From positions 124,001-188,000 of the forward strand of contig CDRNVI010000156.1 in assembly GCA_977017575.1 (NCBI GenBank): 64,000 nt of DNA. The letters run 5' to 3'. Below the pieces are notes generated by a model, which worked only from the letters and a program-made list of their open reading frames with translations, was not told the origin of the DNA and did no database searches. The stretch is from Paramoeba atlantica. Lineage: Eukaryota; Protista; Discosea. A program made the translations under genes and the position numbers. Below are positions 12,201 to 25,400 of the stretch, in pieces; position 1 is the first letter of the stretch, and the number at the start of each line of letters is the position of its first letter.

Positions 12201-12975
12201 GACTGTTTACTTATACAGCGACACGTTGCCAACCCCAACCCCAACCCCAAGTCCAACACCGACTCCAACACCAACTCCAACACCAACTCCTGCAATGAAT
12301 ATGAAATATTGCTGTGTTTATACCCATACCTCGAATTCTGGGTTGCATCAATGTAATCCAACGAATTCTGAAATCTGCCAGGAGTTCAGGGGGTGGGCTC
12401 TTACTTCTCAAACTCTCGTTCCAGAGGCTGAATGTGTAGAGATTTGCTCGAACGCTCCTACACCACCCCCTGCTGCTTTCAAACCTTGTTGTGTTTATTC
12501 TCACCAGTCGTATGACTTGCAACAATGTCTTCCTCTTGCTGAATGTTCACCATTTGGTGGTTGGACTCTTGTTTCGAGTTCGAGCATGTCTGAATCGGAT
12601 TGTGTGGCAAGTTGCGCTCCTTCGAATCCAACACCACCACCCGCTGCGTACAAAAAATGTTGCATTTATTCCCATGATTTCTATGATTTGAAGCAGTGCC
12701 TCCCTCTCACTGAATGTCAAGCGTTTCAAGGTTACGTTCTTCAATCCGATAATAGGATGTCTGAGACCGATTGTGTGAATGCTTGTGTCCCCAATAACCC
12801 AACACCCCCACCCTCCATCCCCAAAAATTGTTGTGTTTATTCTCACCAGTCGTATGATTTGAAACAGTGTCTTCCTGTGAAGACTTCTGTTTGTGAAGAT
12901 TTTCAGGGGTGGGCTCTTGATTATAATCAAATGATGGCAGAATCAGAATGTATGGATATTTGTGAAACAGTATAA
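9253..12975 (+). CDS. Kexin/furin-like S8B pseudoprotease K1: signal peptide, S8 domain, P-domain with PA-like insert, PT linker, 4 CCVY modules
   Basis: DPEFAKSWNL...INVQPAWDFGFTGAGVTVG...NGVCSRGVA...[14 protein letters not shown]...YSEHCS...[10 protein letters not shown]...GFGTIDAG; P-domain [12 protein letters not shown] and DWKFSATKFWGENPTG. Triad-equivalent residues D>N, H>M, S>E. Confidence 0.88.
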
Positions 12976-13194
12976 ATCTTTTTTTAAAATATGACCTCTC
13001 TTCACCTTTGTTTGTTGCCTTTTTCTCTCAAAAGAGACACCAAAATTTAAGCATTTTTTTAGAAACCTTTTTCTATTTTTGTTGTTTTTTTGCGCTTTTT
13101 TTTTGCGTGTGAGCCGTCGTTGTCGTTCGTGGCGTTTGTTTTCCTCCTCCTCTCTCTCCTTTCTCTTTCTCTTTCTTGCAAAAAAAAAAGAAAG

Positions 13195-16100
13195 ATGAAA
13201 GTTCTTCTTCTTGTCTTTTTTTTGGTCTTGTTTAATGGGTGTCTTTGCTCTGAAGAAAGAAAGAATGGGAATGATCCCGAGTATTTTAGTGCTTGGAATC
13301 TCGCCGCCAAAGCAGGAGTTTCGACTGGTCTTCATCTTCTTCTTTTCACTTTTTTTCTTTCTCTGATTGGATCTTTCTTTAAAATAAAGGAAACATCAAT
13401 GTGGAAGAAGCATGGGATCTTGGTTATACAGGAGCAGGTTTGTCTTTAACTTTTTGACAAGTTGATAAAAAACAAAGAACCAACAAGAATCTTCTTTGAA
13501 GTTAAACTTTTCCTCTTTTCTTTTTCAAAAAGGAGTGACGATTGGGTTTGGTTTGAATGCTCCAAACCCAAATCACGTAGAACTTCAGGGAAAATTAAGC
13601 TCTCAGGTTTTTTTTCTTTTAATTAAAAATGCTCTCTCCCCCTCTCCTTTACCCTTTTTCTTCTTTCTCCTTTGCCTTACCATCGCTTTTCTCTTTAGTC
13701 TCTCTCTATATCTTCCCGTGATCAAACGAGCGAAGCAACATCAGTAGTTGGTGTGGCTGTTGCAACAGCTTTTAATCATATTTGTAGTCGTGGTGTTGCC
13801 TATGGAGCTCTTTTTTCCATGGTCGGCCTACAGAGACAGGTTTTTTCTCTCTCTCTCTCTCTCTTTTTGCTTATTGAGAGGTGTTTGGTAAATCACAATG
13901 ACAAAACAGAAGTTGAAAGGGCTTTCTTTTTTGGGAAGTGACATTCCAGCAGATGTTTATGTCAGAGATTTTGTTGGGAGTGATCATTTCTCAGCAAATT
14001 CTCATTGTATATTTTTTTTTGTCCTTTTTCTTTTTTGGGTGGGTTGAAACTGATGGGCTCCTTCTATTTGTGTGGTGCAGGTTCAAGATGTTGGGACGAT
14101 GTATTGGATGCTGTTGGACGCAAGAAAGTTGTTGTTGGATATAATGGTTGAGAAAAGATTTTTTTCACTCTTTCCCTTTTCGTGGTCTTTTGGCTCACAT
14201 GTTTTTTATTTCTTCGCACAGGGAATGGTGGGAAGAATGATAATTGTAATTATGATATGCATGCTAATGCTCCATTTGTGATTAATGTTGGATCTCACAC
14301 TGCTGACGGAATTCCTGTTGATTATTCTGAACCATGTTCCGCTCTTGTATGTTTTTTTTCTTTCCTCAAATCTATATTTTATTTCCTTTAATCAAATATT
14401 TTAGCTTGTTTCTGCTCCTGGAGGAGATGATAAACATAGAGTGCCAACAGCCTCTTCAACAGACTCAAGTTGCGGACATGTTTCGGGTGGACAATATGCA
14501 GCTGCACATACAGGTCTTTCCTTTTTTTTGATCAATCATTTCTTCTGCATCTAATTCCCCTTTTCTCTTTCATAATAGCTGGGGTTGTGGCTCTCATGTT
14601 GGAAGCAACCAACCACCGTCTCTCTCCTTTTGATATCGCTCACATTCTTGTTGAGTCTGCAACTTTCCCACCTCAAGTGCGAGGAGAGCGGAATGGGGCT
14701 GGATTGTCGTATAATGATCAAATTGGATTTGGGATGATTGATGCTGGAAAAGCAGTCAAAAACGCTCTGCAATATCCAGGACATTTTTATCCATTGGTAT
14801 TGTCAATTCTTTAATTCATTCTTTTTTTCAATTCTGATTTGATTATTTGTGGAATTGTTTTATTCCCCAGCCTTTGTTTTATCGCCTTGAGGCGCCTCGA
14901 GATCTTCCAGACAAAGGGTCGGTGTCGATTGAAGCCTCTTTTCAGTCGAATTATTTCGTTGATTGGGTTTGATTTGATTCTCCAAAACAGCCAAATTTGA
15001 ACTATTATGATTTGATTTTGAGAATTGACTGTTGTTTTGGTAGGTGACTGTTGATGTAGATATTGCTCATGAGTCAGTGGGTGATTTGGAAATATCTTTG
15101 ACTTCTCCTTCTGGGACAAAAAGCGTTTTTTCAAACTACAGGCACTCAACGAATCGTGGGGTTTGGAATTTTCTTTTTTTTCTTTTTAACAAGACTTTTT
15201 TCTCTCCTCTCAATATCCGAAATAGTTCCAAGCTCTTGTTAAGAGTGCAGAAGGATCATTCTATTTTTTTACTGAACCAATTAATGACGGTTTTGCGCTT
15301 TTCTTTTTTTTTAGTTTGTTTTTTCTCTCTCAAAACTAAACATTTTTCTTTCTTCTTCAGGGGCCCGGTCTTGGAGCGGAGCCAATAATGTTATCCTCTT
15401 TTCGCCAATTACTGATGGAGCTTGTTGTCAATCAAGTAGTTGTGTTTATACTTACCCTGGGTTCCTCTTTGATTTTTGAATGAATTTTCAAAAGGACCCT
15501 TTTGTTCTCTAATTCTATTTTTTTCACAGAGTGGAGAAGGACCCTGACACGGTTTATATTATTGTTTTGAAAGCTCATGGAATGTGTACCCCAACAAGAG
15601 AATTGCTCATAACCCAGAATCGGCGGAGAATCACCCCAGATATTGTCTTTGTCGGTTTGTCTTCTTTTCTTGATCTTTTTCATTTGAGACAATTTTTTTT
15701 TTAATCATACAAATTTGAAGAGGGAGATAGGACAAGTTTTACAGAACTAATCGATCAGAAACATATGCTGGTCTTTGGTGTTTATTCAGAGCAGTTCAGG
15801 TTGTGCTTATTTTCCTGTGGTTTCTGTTTTTTCAAAAAATATTAAAATTTCCAATTTTTTCAGTCGAATCCAGCTTCCTGAAGGAAACGGGAAAATCACC
15901 ATCTCCCAAAAATATAAAAAAATATCTGGTCTCTCTTTTGAAGACTGGAAATTTTCATCCACTAAATTTTGGAATGAAAGTCCTACAGGTAAAATTTTTG
16001 GATTCTCATTTTTTTGAAGAATTTTTTTTTCTTTTTTTGAAGCAAACATTCAAAACAGGATCTTGGCGGTTTAAAATCCATGATAATGCCCAATTTGACC

Positions 16101-16912
16101 AAGGAATACTCCAAAACTTGACTCTCACTCTTTACATTTACGGAATCAATCCTTCATCTCCCATACCCACTCCAACACAAATTCCTTCCCCGACCCCAAC
16201 ACCAACACCAACACCAACCCCAACCTTCTCTCCAACTCCAACCCCAAGCCCAACTCCCACCCCAACTTCAACACCAACACCAACTCCAACCCCAACTCCA
16301 ACACCAACACCAACTCCAATTGCTTCCTTGGATCATCGAACTTGTTGTGTTTACTCCAGAATGGGAACTCCTCAAGTGAAACTTTGCAGCCCAACAGCCT
16401 CTGATGAATGTAAAATTTATAATGGATGGGACTTTAATTACCAGACCCTCGCCACTGAAGTTGAATGTGTGGACATTTGTAATGCAGAAACTCCTACCCC
16501 ACCTCCTGTATCTGCTCTGAAAAAGTGCTGTACTTACGTTCACGATTTGTCCAATACAAAGCTCTGTCTTTCGGTAAACAGTTGTCAAGATTTTCCAGGT
16601 TATTATCTTGAGTCTGAGACACCGATGGATGAATCTGACTGCGTTACGAGTTGCGATTCTCATCCAGTTGGTCTGGCCACTCCAACCCCACTTCCAATTC
16701 CATCACCAACCCCAACACCAACACCAACCCCAACTCCAACCCCAACTCCACCACCAAAAACGTGCTGTGTTTATTTCAATGAACAATATCAGTTAAGTCA
16801 GTGTGTTCCTCAGGATGAAGAGGATTGTGATCAGTATACGGGGTGGGTGATAGATGCCAACCTTTTCCTTCCAGAAAGTGAATGTGTCAGCATTTGTGAA
16901 GCTTTAACATAA
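13195..16912 (+). CDS. Kexin/furin-like pseudoprotease K2 (3 CCVY modules)
   Basis: MKVLLLVFF signal; DPEYFSAWNL; GVTIGFGLNAPN (D>L); EATSVVGVAVATAFNHIC (H>E); [16 protein letters not shown] (S>Q); GNGG and DNCNYDM retained. Confidence 0.88.
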
Positions 16913-17099
16913 AAAAACGATTTTTTACATTTTCTTTGATTTCATTTTTAAAAAACCTGGGAAAGAAAGAGAGAGGGAACGACACCAGAATTGACCATTT
17001 GAGGAAAATTTTCGTTTTTTCGTTTTTTTTTTCCACCTTTCCCCTTCGGTTTTCTTCTTTTTTTCCTTTCCGTTTTTTCTCTCTTTCTGATTTGAAGAG

Positions 17100-20000
17100 A
17101 TGAAAATCTTTGCTCTTGTCATATTCTTTATTTTATTTTTTGGAGGTTTTTGTCAAGATCCTGATTTTTCAAAAGCTTGGAACCTTATTCCCACAAGAAA
17201 AGTGCCAGTTGGTCTGTTTTCTCTTTTTTTTTTACCTCTCCCTCTTTTCGTTTCTGATCTGATCGGTTGAATTCTTTTTTCTCTTTCTTCTTTCTTGAAA
17301 AGGAAATCTCAATGTTGAAGAAGTGTGGAGTCGTGGTTATACAGGAGAAGGTTGTCTATTTCTTTTGGGAACCTCGAAGAAAGAGAAGAAAGAGAAGAAA
17401 AGAAAAAAGAAAAGATTCAGATTTGTGGAAGAGGATTATTTTTTTTTGACTGAGGAAAATCTTTTTCATTTTTCAAGGAGTTACGCTTGGCTTTGGTTTC
17501 AACGCTCCAAATCCAGATCATGAAGAACTTCAGGGAAAATTAAGCTCTCAAGTTTTTCTATTTCTTCGATTCATTGTTATCCAAACTTCCTTGTTCTTAT
17601 GCAAGTGTCCTTCTCTCTCTCTCTCTTTCCTCTTTTAGTCTCTAGAGATCAATTCACATGACCAAAGTGACGCAACATCAGTTGTGGCGATGGCTGTGGC
17701 AAATGCAAACAATGGTTTTTGTAGTCGTGGAGTGGCGTATGGGGCGCTATATTCGATGGTCGACATGAAAGAACTGGTTTTTTCCCCTTCTTTTTCTTTC
17801 TTTTGAGCAAAATTATTTTGTTTGATTTTTGAGAATGATCTCTCAATTTTGTCAGAAATGAGAAAAGAGAAAGAAAAAGAGAATCAGCCAATTTTGCCAA
17901 TTGGATAATAAAAGACAAGCAGGGGTCGGAAGGATATTCTTTTTTGAGGGGGAATATTTCAGCTGATATTTATGTGAGAGATTTTGTTGGAAGTGATGAT
18001 CCTATGTATAATGCTCCATGTATTTTTATTTTTCTTGTGATTTTATTTTTCTTTTTAAATTTTAAAATGGCTGTTTCAATGTTGGATTCCTTTCTTCTTC
18101 TTTTGTTAATTCCTTTGATTTTTCTTTTCCAGGTTTAGAGTGTTGGGAAACTTCAATGGAAGCACTTAAACTTAACAAAATTATTGTTGGATTTAATGGT
18201 TCATTTCCCCCCCTTTATTTCTCAATGTTTTGTTTTTAGAAGATTCTCTTCACAGGAAATGGTGGTCCAAGTGATAATTGTAATTATGATATGTTCGCAA
18301 ACACCCCTTTTGTGATAAATGTAGGATCTCACACTGCTGATGGAATTCCTGTTGATTACTCTGAACCATGTGCCACAATTGTAAGTTTTTTTATTCTTCT
18401 CTTGAAAGCAACAAACAATGCATTAAAAATGGTTGTAGCTGGTTTCTGCTCCTGGTGGAGATCAGAAACATCGGATGCCAACAGCAGCCTCAAATTCAAG
18501 GGAAAGTTGTACACAGGAATCAGGAGGACAATATGCAGCAGCACAGGCAGGTTTTTATTTTTATTAGAAAATAAAATCGAGAATTAGGATAGATGTCTCT
18601 GATACATTCATCTTTTTTTTCAATTAGCTGGAGTCGTGGCTCTCATTATTGAAGCAACACAGCACACTCTTTCTGCTGCCGATATTGCTCAAATTCTTGT
18701 TGAGTCTGCGAATTTTCCATCTCATGTTTCAAAAGAGCGAAACGGGGCTGGGTTGTGGTATAATGATCAAATTGGATTTGGGATGATTGATGCAGGAAAA
18801 GCAATCAGGGTAGCTCTTCAGTATCCGAAACATTATTATCCTCAGGTCGATTCATATTTTTTCAAGTTTTGATTTCGTTTCTGCTCTTTTTGATCCATGT
18901 TTTTGCGCAGCCTCTGAGTTTTCGATCGGAAGAAGTTCATCATCTTCCAGACGGAGGGGTGATGACACTCTCACCCACTTTTCAGACGAATTCATATACT
19001 TTCATTGATTGGGTTTGATCTATTACTGTTCCAAAATTTTTAATTTTCGCTAACCAAGAAATCGAATTTGGTAGGTGACTGTGGAAGTAGATATCGATCA
19101 TGATTCAGCAAGTGATTTGGAAATATCTTTGATTTCTCCTTCTGGTACAACAAGTGTTTTTACCAGAGCGAGGCATGAGATCGTTCATCGGGTATTTTGG
19201 TCTCTCTTTTTTGAAAATTCATGTGATTTCTAATTTGAGTACAACTGATTCAGTTACGAGTTACTCCCCATGGTGCACGGACATTTGATTTTCGTGTTGA
19301 ACCAATCAATGAAGGTTTGATTGATTTCCTTTGTGTTTCAACTGAAAATCAAATTGATGTCCCCTTTTAGCTGCCCAAACATGGAAAGGGGCCAATGATG
19401 CTGTCTTTATTACCATCACTGGTTCTTGTTGTCGCTCCACTGACTGCTCGATTGGGTTTTTTATTTTATTATTTTCATTCCATGTGTTCAATTTTTATCG
19501 TCTTGTCGCTTTTTCTTTTTTCTGAGCGATCTGATAGAACGAAGATATCTGGGACGACTTCCATTCTTTTGCTCGAACAACAGAAAATTTGTACTCCCTC
19601 GAAGCAAATTCTTGTGATAACAAGCCAGCATCCCGTCCCAGATGTTATATTTGTTGGTTCGTAGCTGCTTGCTTCTTTTTCTTCCCTTTTCTTTCATAAC
19701 CTTTTTCATTTCCGATCTTAGAGGGAGAGAGGAGCGATTGGTCAAAGATAACACAACGAAGACATGGTGTGACCATCTTTGGTGTTCTTCCAAGTGATTT
19801 TGCGTTCTCTTTTTGCATTTGTTTTTTCCAATCTTTGAGTTTGAGTTTAATTTTTGAATTTTTTAGGGATATCAACCCAACTCAGCTGCGCTTTGGCATA
19901 GAGAAAATCTCTGACTTTTCATATGAAGACTGGAAATTTTCATCAACAAAATATTGGAATGAACATCCCTCTGGTGATCTTTTTTCTTTTTTCTTTTGGC

Positions 20001-20458
20001 TTTCCTCTCATTTTTCCAAATGACTTATTTTTGAAAAAGGAACTTGGCAATTTACAATTCATGATAAAATCCCTCTTCACCAAGGAATCCTTCGAAATTT
20101 TTCACTCACTCTCTACTTGAACACTCTCATTCAGCCTTCTCCAACTCCAACACCAACCCCACTCCCAATTCCAACTCCAACTCCAACTCCAATTCCAACT
20201 CCATCACCAACTCCGACACCAATCCCAAGCCCAACTCCAACTCCAACACCAACACCAACACCAACTCCACCTCCAACACCAACACCAACCCCAGTGCCAA
20301 ACAAAATTTGTTGTGTTTATTATCATGAAAGCTTTAATTTGAATCAGTGTGTTCCACAGGATTCAGATGTTTGTGAAGAGAAAAAACCTCCAGGTTGGAT
20401 CGTGAACGCAAAGCTCAGTCTCCCAGAGTCTGCCTGTTTGGGGATTTGTCTCACATAA
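17100..20458 (+). CDS. Kexin/furin-like pseudoprotease K3 (1 CCVY module)
   Basis: [10 protein letters not shown] signal; [10 protein letters not shown]; [12 protein letters not shown] (D>F); [18 protein letters not shown] (H>D); [11 protein letters not shown] (S>Q). P-domain, insert and tail exons splice in frame. Confidence 0.87.
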
Positions 20459-20515
20459 ATACTAATTTTTTAAAAGAGAAATTGGTTTCAGTTTTTGATT
20501 CCGAAAGAGAACCAT

Positions 20516-22356
20516 TCAGCGTGATAAGACCGCTGAGGCAACTGTTGGTGTTCGTTCAATCTCTTGTTGACTTCGGATCAGGTGGTGGTAGAAGATCAAC
20601 TCCTTCCACCAGATGAGGACAAAGGAATTTGTAAAGTAGAAAACCACACTCATCATCAAAGGAAAGAAATAGAACAAAAACAGATTAAATGCAACAAGAG
20701 CCCCACCAGAAGTGCTCCGTGTGCAAGGAGGTGGATCTTCCCTTGGAGATGAACCAACACACTCAACATAATCTGCAACGTTTGTGCTGTTAATTTTATA
20801 AGAAACGTGAAACCAGGTCCCGATATAAACGACAAGGTACATTTGAGAGAAAAGGCCCCTCCATTGATGAGAGAAAATTCTCCAATTCATTTTGAGGATG
20901 AATCCGGTCGAGAGAAGGATGGTCAAGAGCATGATACTTAACAAAACAGAAAGAGTCCCACGAACAACGTCAAGGAAGATGTTCTGTGGGTAACTGACAA
21001 AGATAAAGACGAGAGGAAGAACAACGATTTCGTCAGAAGGAGAATCATGGGTGAAGAAGTAAATCAGAAAGAAGATGAAAAAAGGGAGAGAGAGGAGAAT
21101 GCAGGCTGTCAGAAACCCAAACACGATTCTTTCGTGAACTGGTGGCTCAACAAATTGGTTGAAAAATGGGTAATGCTTTCTTTTATCTTTTAGTTAGAAG
21201 CCAAATTAATAAGAAATAGAGAGCAAAATAAAAAACAAAACCGAGTAATGCAACACAAGGTGGTAAAACTCATTACAATCCAAAGAAAACTGATCAAAAT
21301 AAACAAGGTGGAGGTGAAACTAAATTGAATTCCTGCGACTGTTGATTTGGCAAAACTTTCCAGGGCTATGTAATAATCCTCTTCATTTCCACAGACATAT
21401 TTTTCTGGTCCTCCTATTTGAAGATTGGATATTGAGTTTGAGCTTTTTGAGAAAGAGAAGGAGAAGAGAAAGAGAGGAGATGAGAAATGAGAGCCGCAGG
21501 GGAAAAAAGAGAAAAGACAGGGGAACCTGCGAAATCTGCGAAAGAAGCAAGGATGTTTGCGAGAGATATGAGAGAAATGAGTAGGGGTAGCAGAAAATTT
21601 GGGTACCTTTCAAAAAAAAAGAGAAAAATTTCAATTCTTCTTTTTCATCCTTCTTTTCTTTGGAGTTTTGGAATAATTAAATACAAACCGAAAATTGAAG
21701 GACATCTTCACAAAAGGAAATATTCCAAGAAAGAAAACAAGAATTCCAACCCAAATGAACACAAAACAGGCGATTCGAACTGATCTTTCAAATTGTTCCC
21801 CAAATTCATATTGTAAACATTCTATCACACACTCTCCTTCTGAATCAAAAACAAAAGGATTTGGACAACATTCAATGGTTTGTCTCTCTTCTCCCAAACA
21901 TGTTTCAACTTCAATTGGATTTTCTGTCATCTCTTCAATTTCCTCTAATATTCTTTGAGAACAAGGACTTTCTTTCTCATAAGGAGAGAAGGGACAACCA
22001 AGAGAAAGATTGTAATCTTCACATCTTTCACTAACTTGAATACAACCTTCAACCTGACGACAAAAAATCTCTTCTTCCGTCTCAGGAGGACAAGAAAGAA
22101 AAACTGACCCACAAAGATACCACAACAAAGGTCTCCGACAAGAAGAAGGAATCATTCGAATGTCAGATACATCCAAATCGATTGCCTCAAAAAGAATCTC
22201 TTGTATTGTTCTGTTCTCTCTCACATCTGATAAAAGAGAAGAACATTCATTTTGAAGTTCGTATTCGAAACAAGGAACAGAGGGGGCAGAAAATAGTTGG
22301 TTTGAGACAACGTTAAACTTCAAACTCAGCAGAAAGAGAAAAAACAATAAAACCAT
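20516..22356 (-). CDS. Frizzled/Smoothened-like (class F) GPCR: signal peptide, cysteine-rich domain, 7TM
   Basis: CRD-type C...LLWYLCGSVFLSC...C...C pattern; linker CCPNPF...ECVIEC..YEF; multiple hydrophobic helices; ECL3 Cys pair (YVECV...PPC); post-TM7 FVLIWWKE, similar to the Smo/Fz K-T-x-x-x-W position. Confidence 0.8.
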
Positions 22357-22489
22357 AACCCGCGGAGAAAACGGAAAATAAAACGGACCAAAGTTTTGGA
22401 AAACAATTTTTTTCCAAAAATGTTCCGATTTGGTGTTGTTTCCTGTTGCTTTCTTCTCCATTCAGTTATTTATTTTAGGGAATTTTTAT

Positions 22490-25400
22490 TTATTGGCACC
22501 CTCTCGTGCAACCTTGAACATCTGTTTGAAAGGAGAAAACAAGAGTGTGGTCTTTCAGATCTTCGCAATATCTTGCTGGGAGGCATGTTCGCTCTTGTGT
22601 TTTGGGTTGAACATACACACAACAGAGCAATACAAAAGGAGTTGGGGTTGGAATTGGGGGTGTTGGGGTTGGAGTTGGAGTTGGTGTTGGAGTTGGAGTT
22701 GGTGTTGGAGTTGGAGTTGGAGTTGGGATTGGTGATGGAATTGGGGTTGGAGTTGGAGTTGGAGTTGGAGCTGGTGTTGGAATTAGGATCGGGGTTGGAG
22801 TTGGGGTTGGGGTTGGTGTTGGAGTTGGTGTTGGAGTTGGGGTTGGAGTTGGAGTTGGGATTGGGGTTGGAGAAGGCGTCGGAGTTGGAGATGGGGTTGG
22901 GGGTAAACAAAAAGAATAGCACATTGGTTCATTGACCCAGGAAGAAGAGAGAAAATCCCAGCCCTCTCCTTCACGATGGATGTCACAAGAAGAACTATCT
23001 GTGGGCACACAATCTAAAATTGAAGGTCGAGAGATCCATGAATAAAGACAACAATTTCGAATTGGGAAGGGGGTTGGTGTTGGGGGTGGGGTGGGGGTTG
23101 GAGTTGGGGTTGGAGTTGGGGTTGGGATTGGGATTGGGGTTGGGGTTGGTGGTGGAGTTGGGTTTAGAACTGGAGTTGGGTTTGGTGTTGGAGTTGGAGT
23201 TGGAGTTGGGTTTGGTGTGGGAGTTGGAGTTGGAATTGGAACTGAGGTTGGAACTGGTACTGGAGTGGGAGGAGCACAAAATAAGTCGCATTCATCCTCA
23301 TCATGGTTCATGATCTCTTCAATGAGCTCCCACTTTGGTAGATCTGGGCAATTCTTCTCGAGAGTCAAACATTGCTTCACAGAGGGCGCACTTTTAAAAT
23401 AATAAACACAGCAATTTGGTGTGGAAGTTGGTGGTGAAGGTGTTGGAGTTGGTGTGGGAGATACAGGATTAAGCAATGAATAGGTATTGAGAATCAATTC
23501 AGATGAATGAAGCGTGCCAGAATCACCAGCAGTTAAATCACTGATTTCGATTGTCCATATTCCTATTACAATTAACAACACTCAATATTACAAGTTGAAC
23601 AACAAAGAAAAAGAGGAGAGGAGATGGACCTGAGACAGGTTCTCGCCAATGTTTCGTTGAGGAGAATTTCCAATTCTCAAATGAGAGAGGCATTTTATTG
23701 GCTTCTTGGTTCGGTTCTACCCTCAAGGTGTGTCCTATTCCGGACCGTCCCAACCGGAAGTCACGAGCACTGATAGAAAAAGCAGGGATTCCTCTCAGAT
23801 GTGGTTCGTAGATGTCGTGTTCCTCTAAAATCAAGAGTGGTTATTGGACATTGCAAAAAGTGAGATTTTGAAAGAGAACTTCCAACCAATAAAAATTGCA
23901 TCAGGAAGAAAATGGCCGCTCCTCGGGTTGAATATTTCAACAATCTCTTCGTGTTGAGTGCACATTTGATGTTTCCCAAGCAACAATAACGCAGTCACTC
24001 CAGGAGTTTTTCTAATTTTGGAAAAAGATTAATTCAACGAATGTGTTTTGGAACAAGTGAAAGAAAAAACTCTGGGAGAGTAAAGGAGCAGGAACTTCTC
24101 TCGCAACAATTTCCCAATTCTGTGGTTGAATACAAAACCACTTCATCTCCTTCCCATGTATCTCCAGCTGGCCAAGATTTAGAGATCAAAATTTTGAATT
24201 AATTTGAATCCATCAGCTTAAAATTGAACCTTGAGTTAGAGACACAACCGGAATAGAAAGCGTTCGATTTGGCAAATGAAACAACAGAGAAAACTTTTGA
24301 ATATCAATTAAAATCATTTTCCAAACAGATTTGAAAGGAAAGTGAAGAAAAACCTCTTCAGATTTTTGGCTTCTAGGAGAAACCAACTCACTCCGTGTAC
24401 CAGAAGGTGAAATCAGTGAAATCTCCAAATCACTTGGTTGTTCATGAAGAATATTGACTTGCAATGTGACCTATCAAAATAAAAATCATTTCAAAATGAA
24501 ATCATGAGAATTGAAATATCATATCTCTTTTCAAACCCAATCAACAAAGCGATTTGTTGTTCTCTTGATATTGAGAGGAATGCTAATTGTACCAGGATCA
24601 GGAATAGATTTCGTGACCGCGAGGTCTACAACAATATCCTAAGAATAATGTGTCAAAAAAAAGAGAACATCAATTTTTTGTGGAGAGAAAAAAAGAACGA
24701 ACATCTTCTGGGATGAGAGTATAAGGGAGACTATCCTCTGCTGCCATTCTGACAGCTTTTGTTGCATCAATTGGACCAAATCCAAGCTGAGAAAAAAAAT
24801 AGTGAATAAGGAAGGAACACAAATATTGTCCACCTAATTATGATCTTCTTCTTCAAAGAAATAAATAAGTATTTACTTGACTCTCAAAATAAAGACCAGC
24901 TCCATTTTTCTGAAGATTGGGATAATCTTCTGGAAAAGAAGAAGTTGCAACAAGAATATGAGCAATTTCTCGAGGAGTCAATGGCTTTGAACTCGCTTGT
25001 ATCATCAATGAGACCACTCCAGCTACAAATCACTTTAATTTTTGATGAAAAGAGGAGAGAAGGTGTTAAAGAGAAGCAAACCAACAATTGCAGCAGAATA
25101 TTGACCACCTGTTCGTTCAGAACACGATTCTCCATCACCATAAGGAGTTGGTATCCCTTGGAGTGAGGATCCTCCAGGAGCAGAGACCAACTAAAAACAA
25201 GAATTACAAAAAATAACATGGTTAAAAAAGTGATTTGAAAAGATCTTAAAAAAAACCGCATTTGCACAAGGTTCTCCAAAATCACTTGGATGACCACCTA
25301 ACATATGAGGTCCCACAGAGATTGAAAATGGGTGATTGGAGTACATATCATAATTACAATTATCTCGCCTTCCTCCATTCCCTAAAAAAAAATCACATAA

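Noticed and set aside
22396-23402. Long ORFs of (GV)n, (LE)n, (WC)n, (NP/NS)n or (HQ/PQ)n repeats here and at 16146, 42534, 48756 and 49290
   Set aside because: They are antisense or off-frame readings of the (Pro-Thr)n linker codons.
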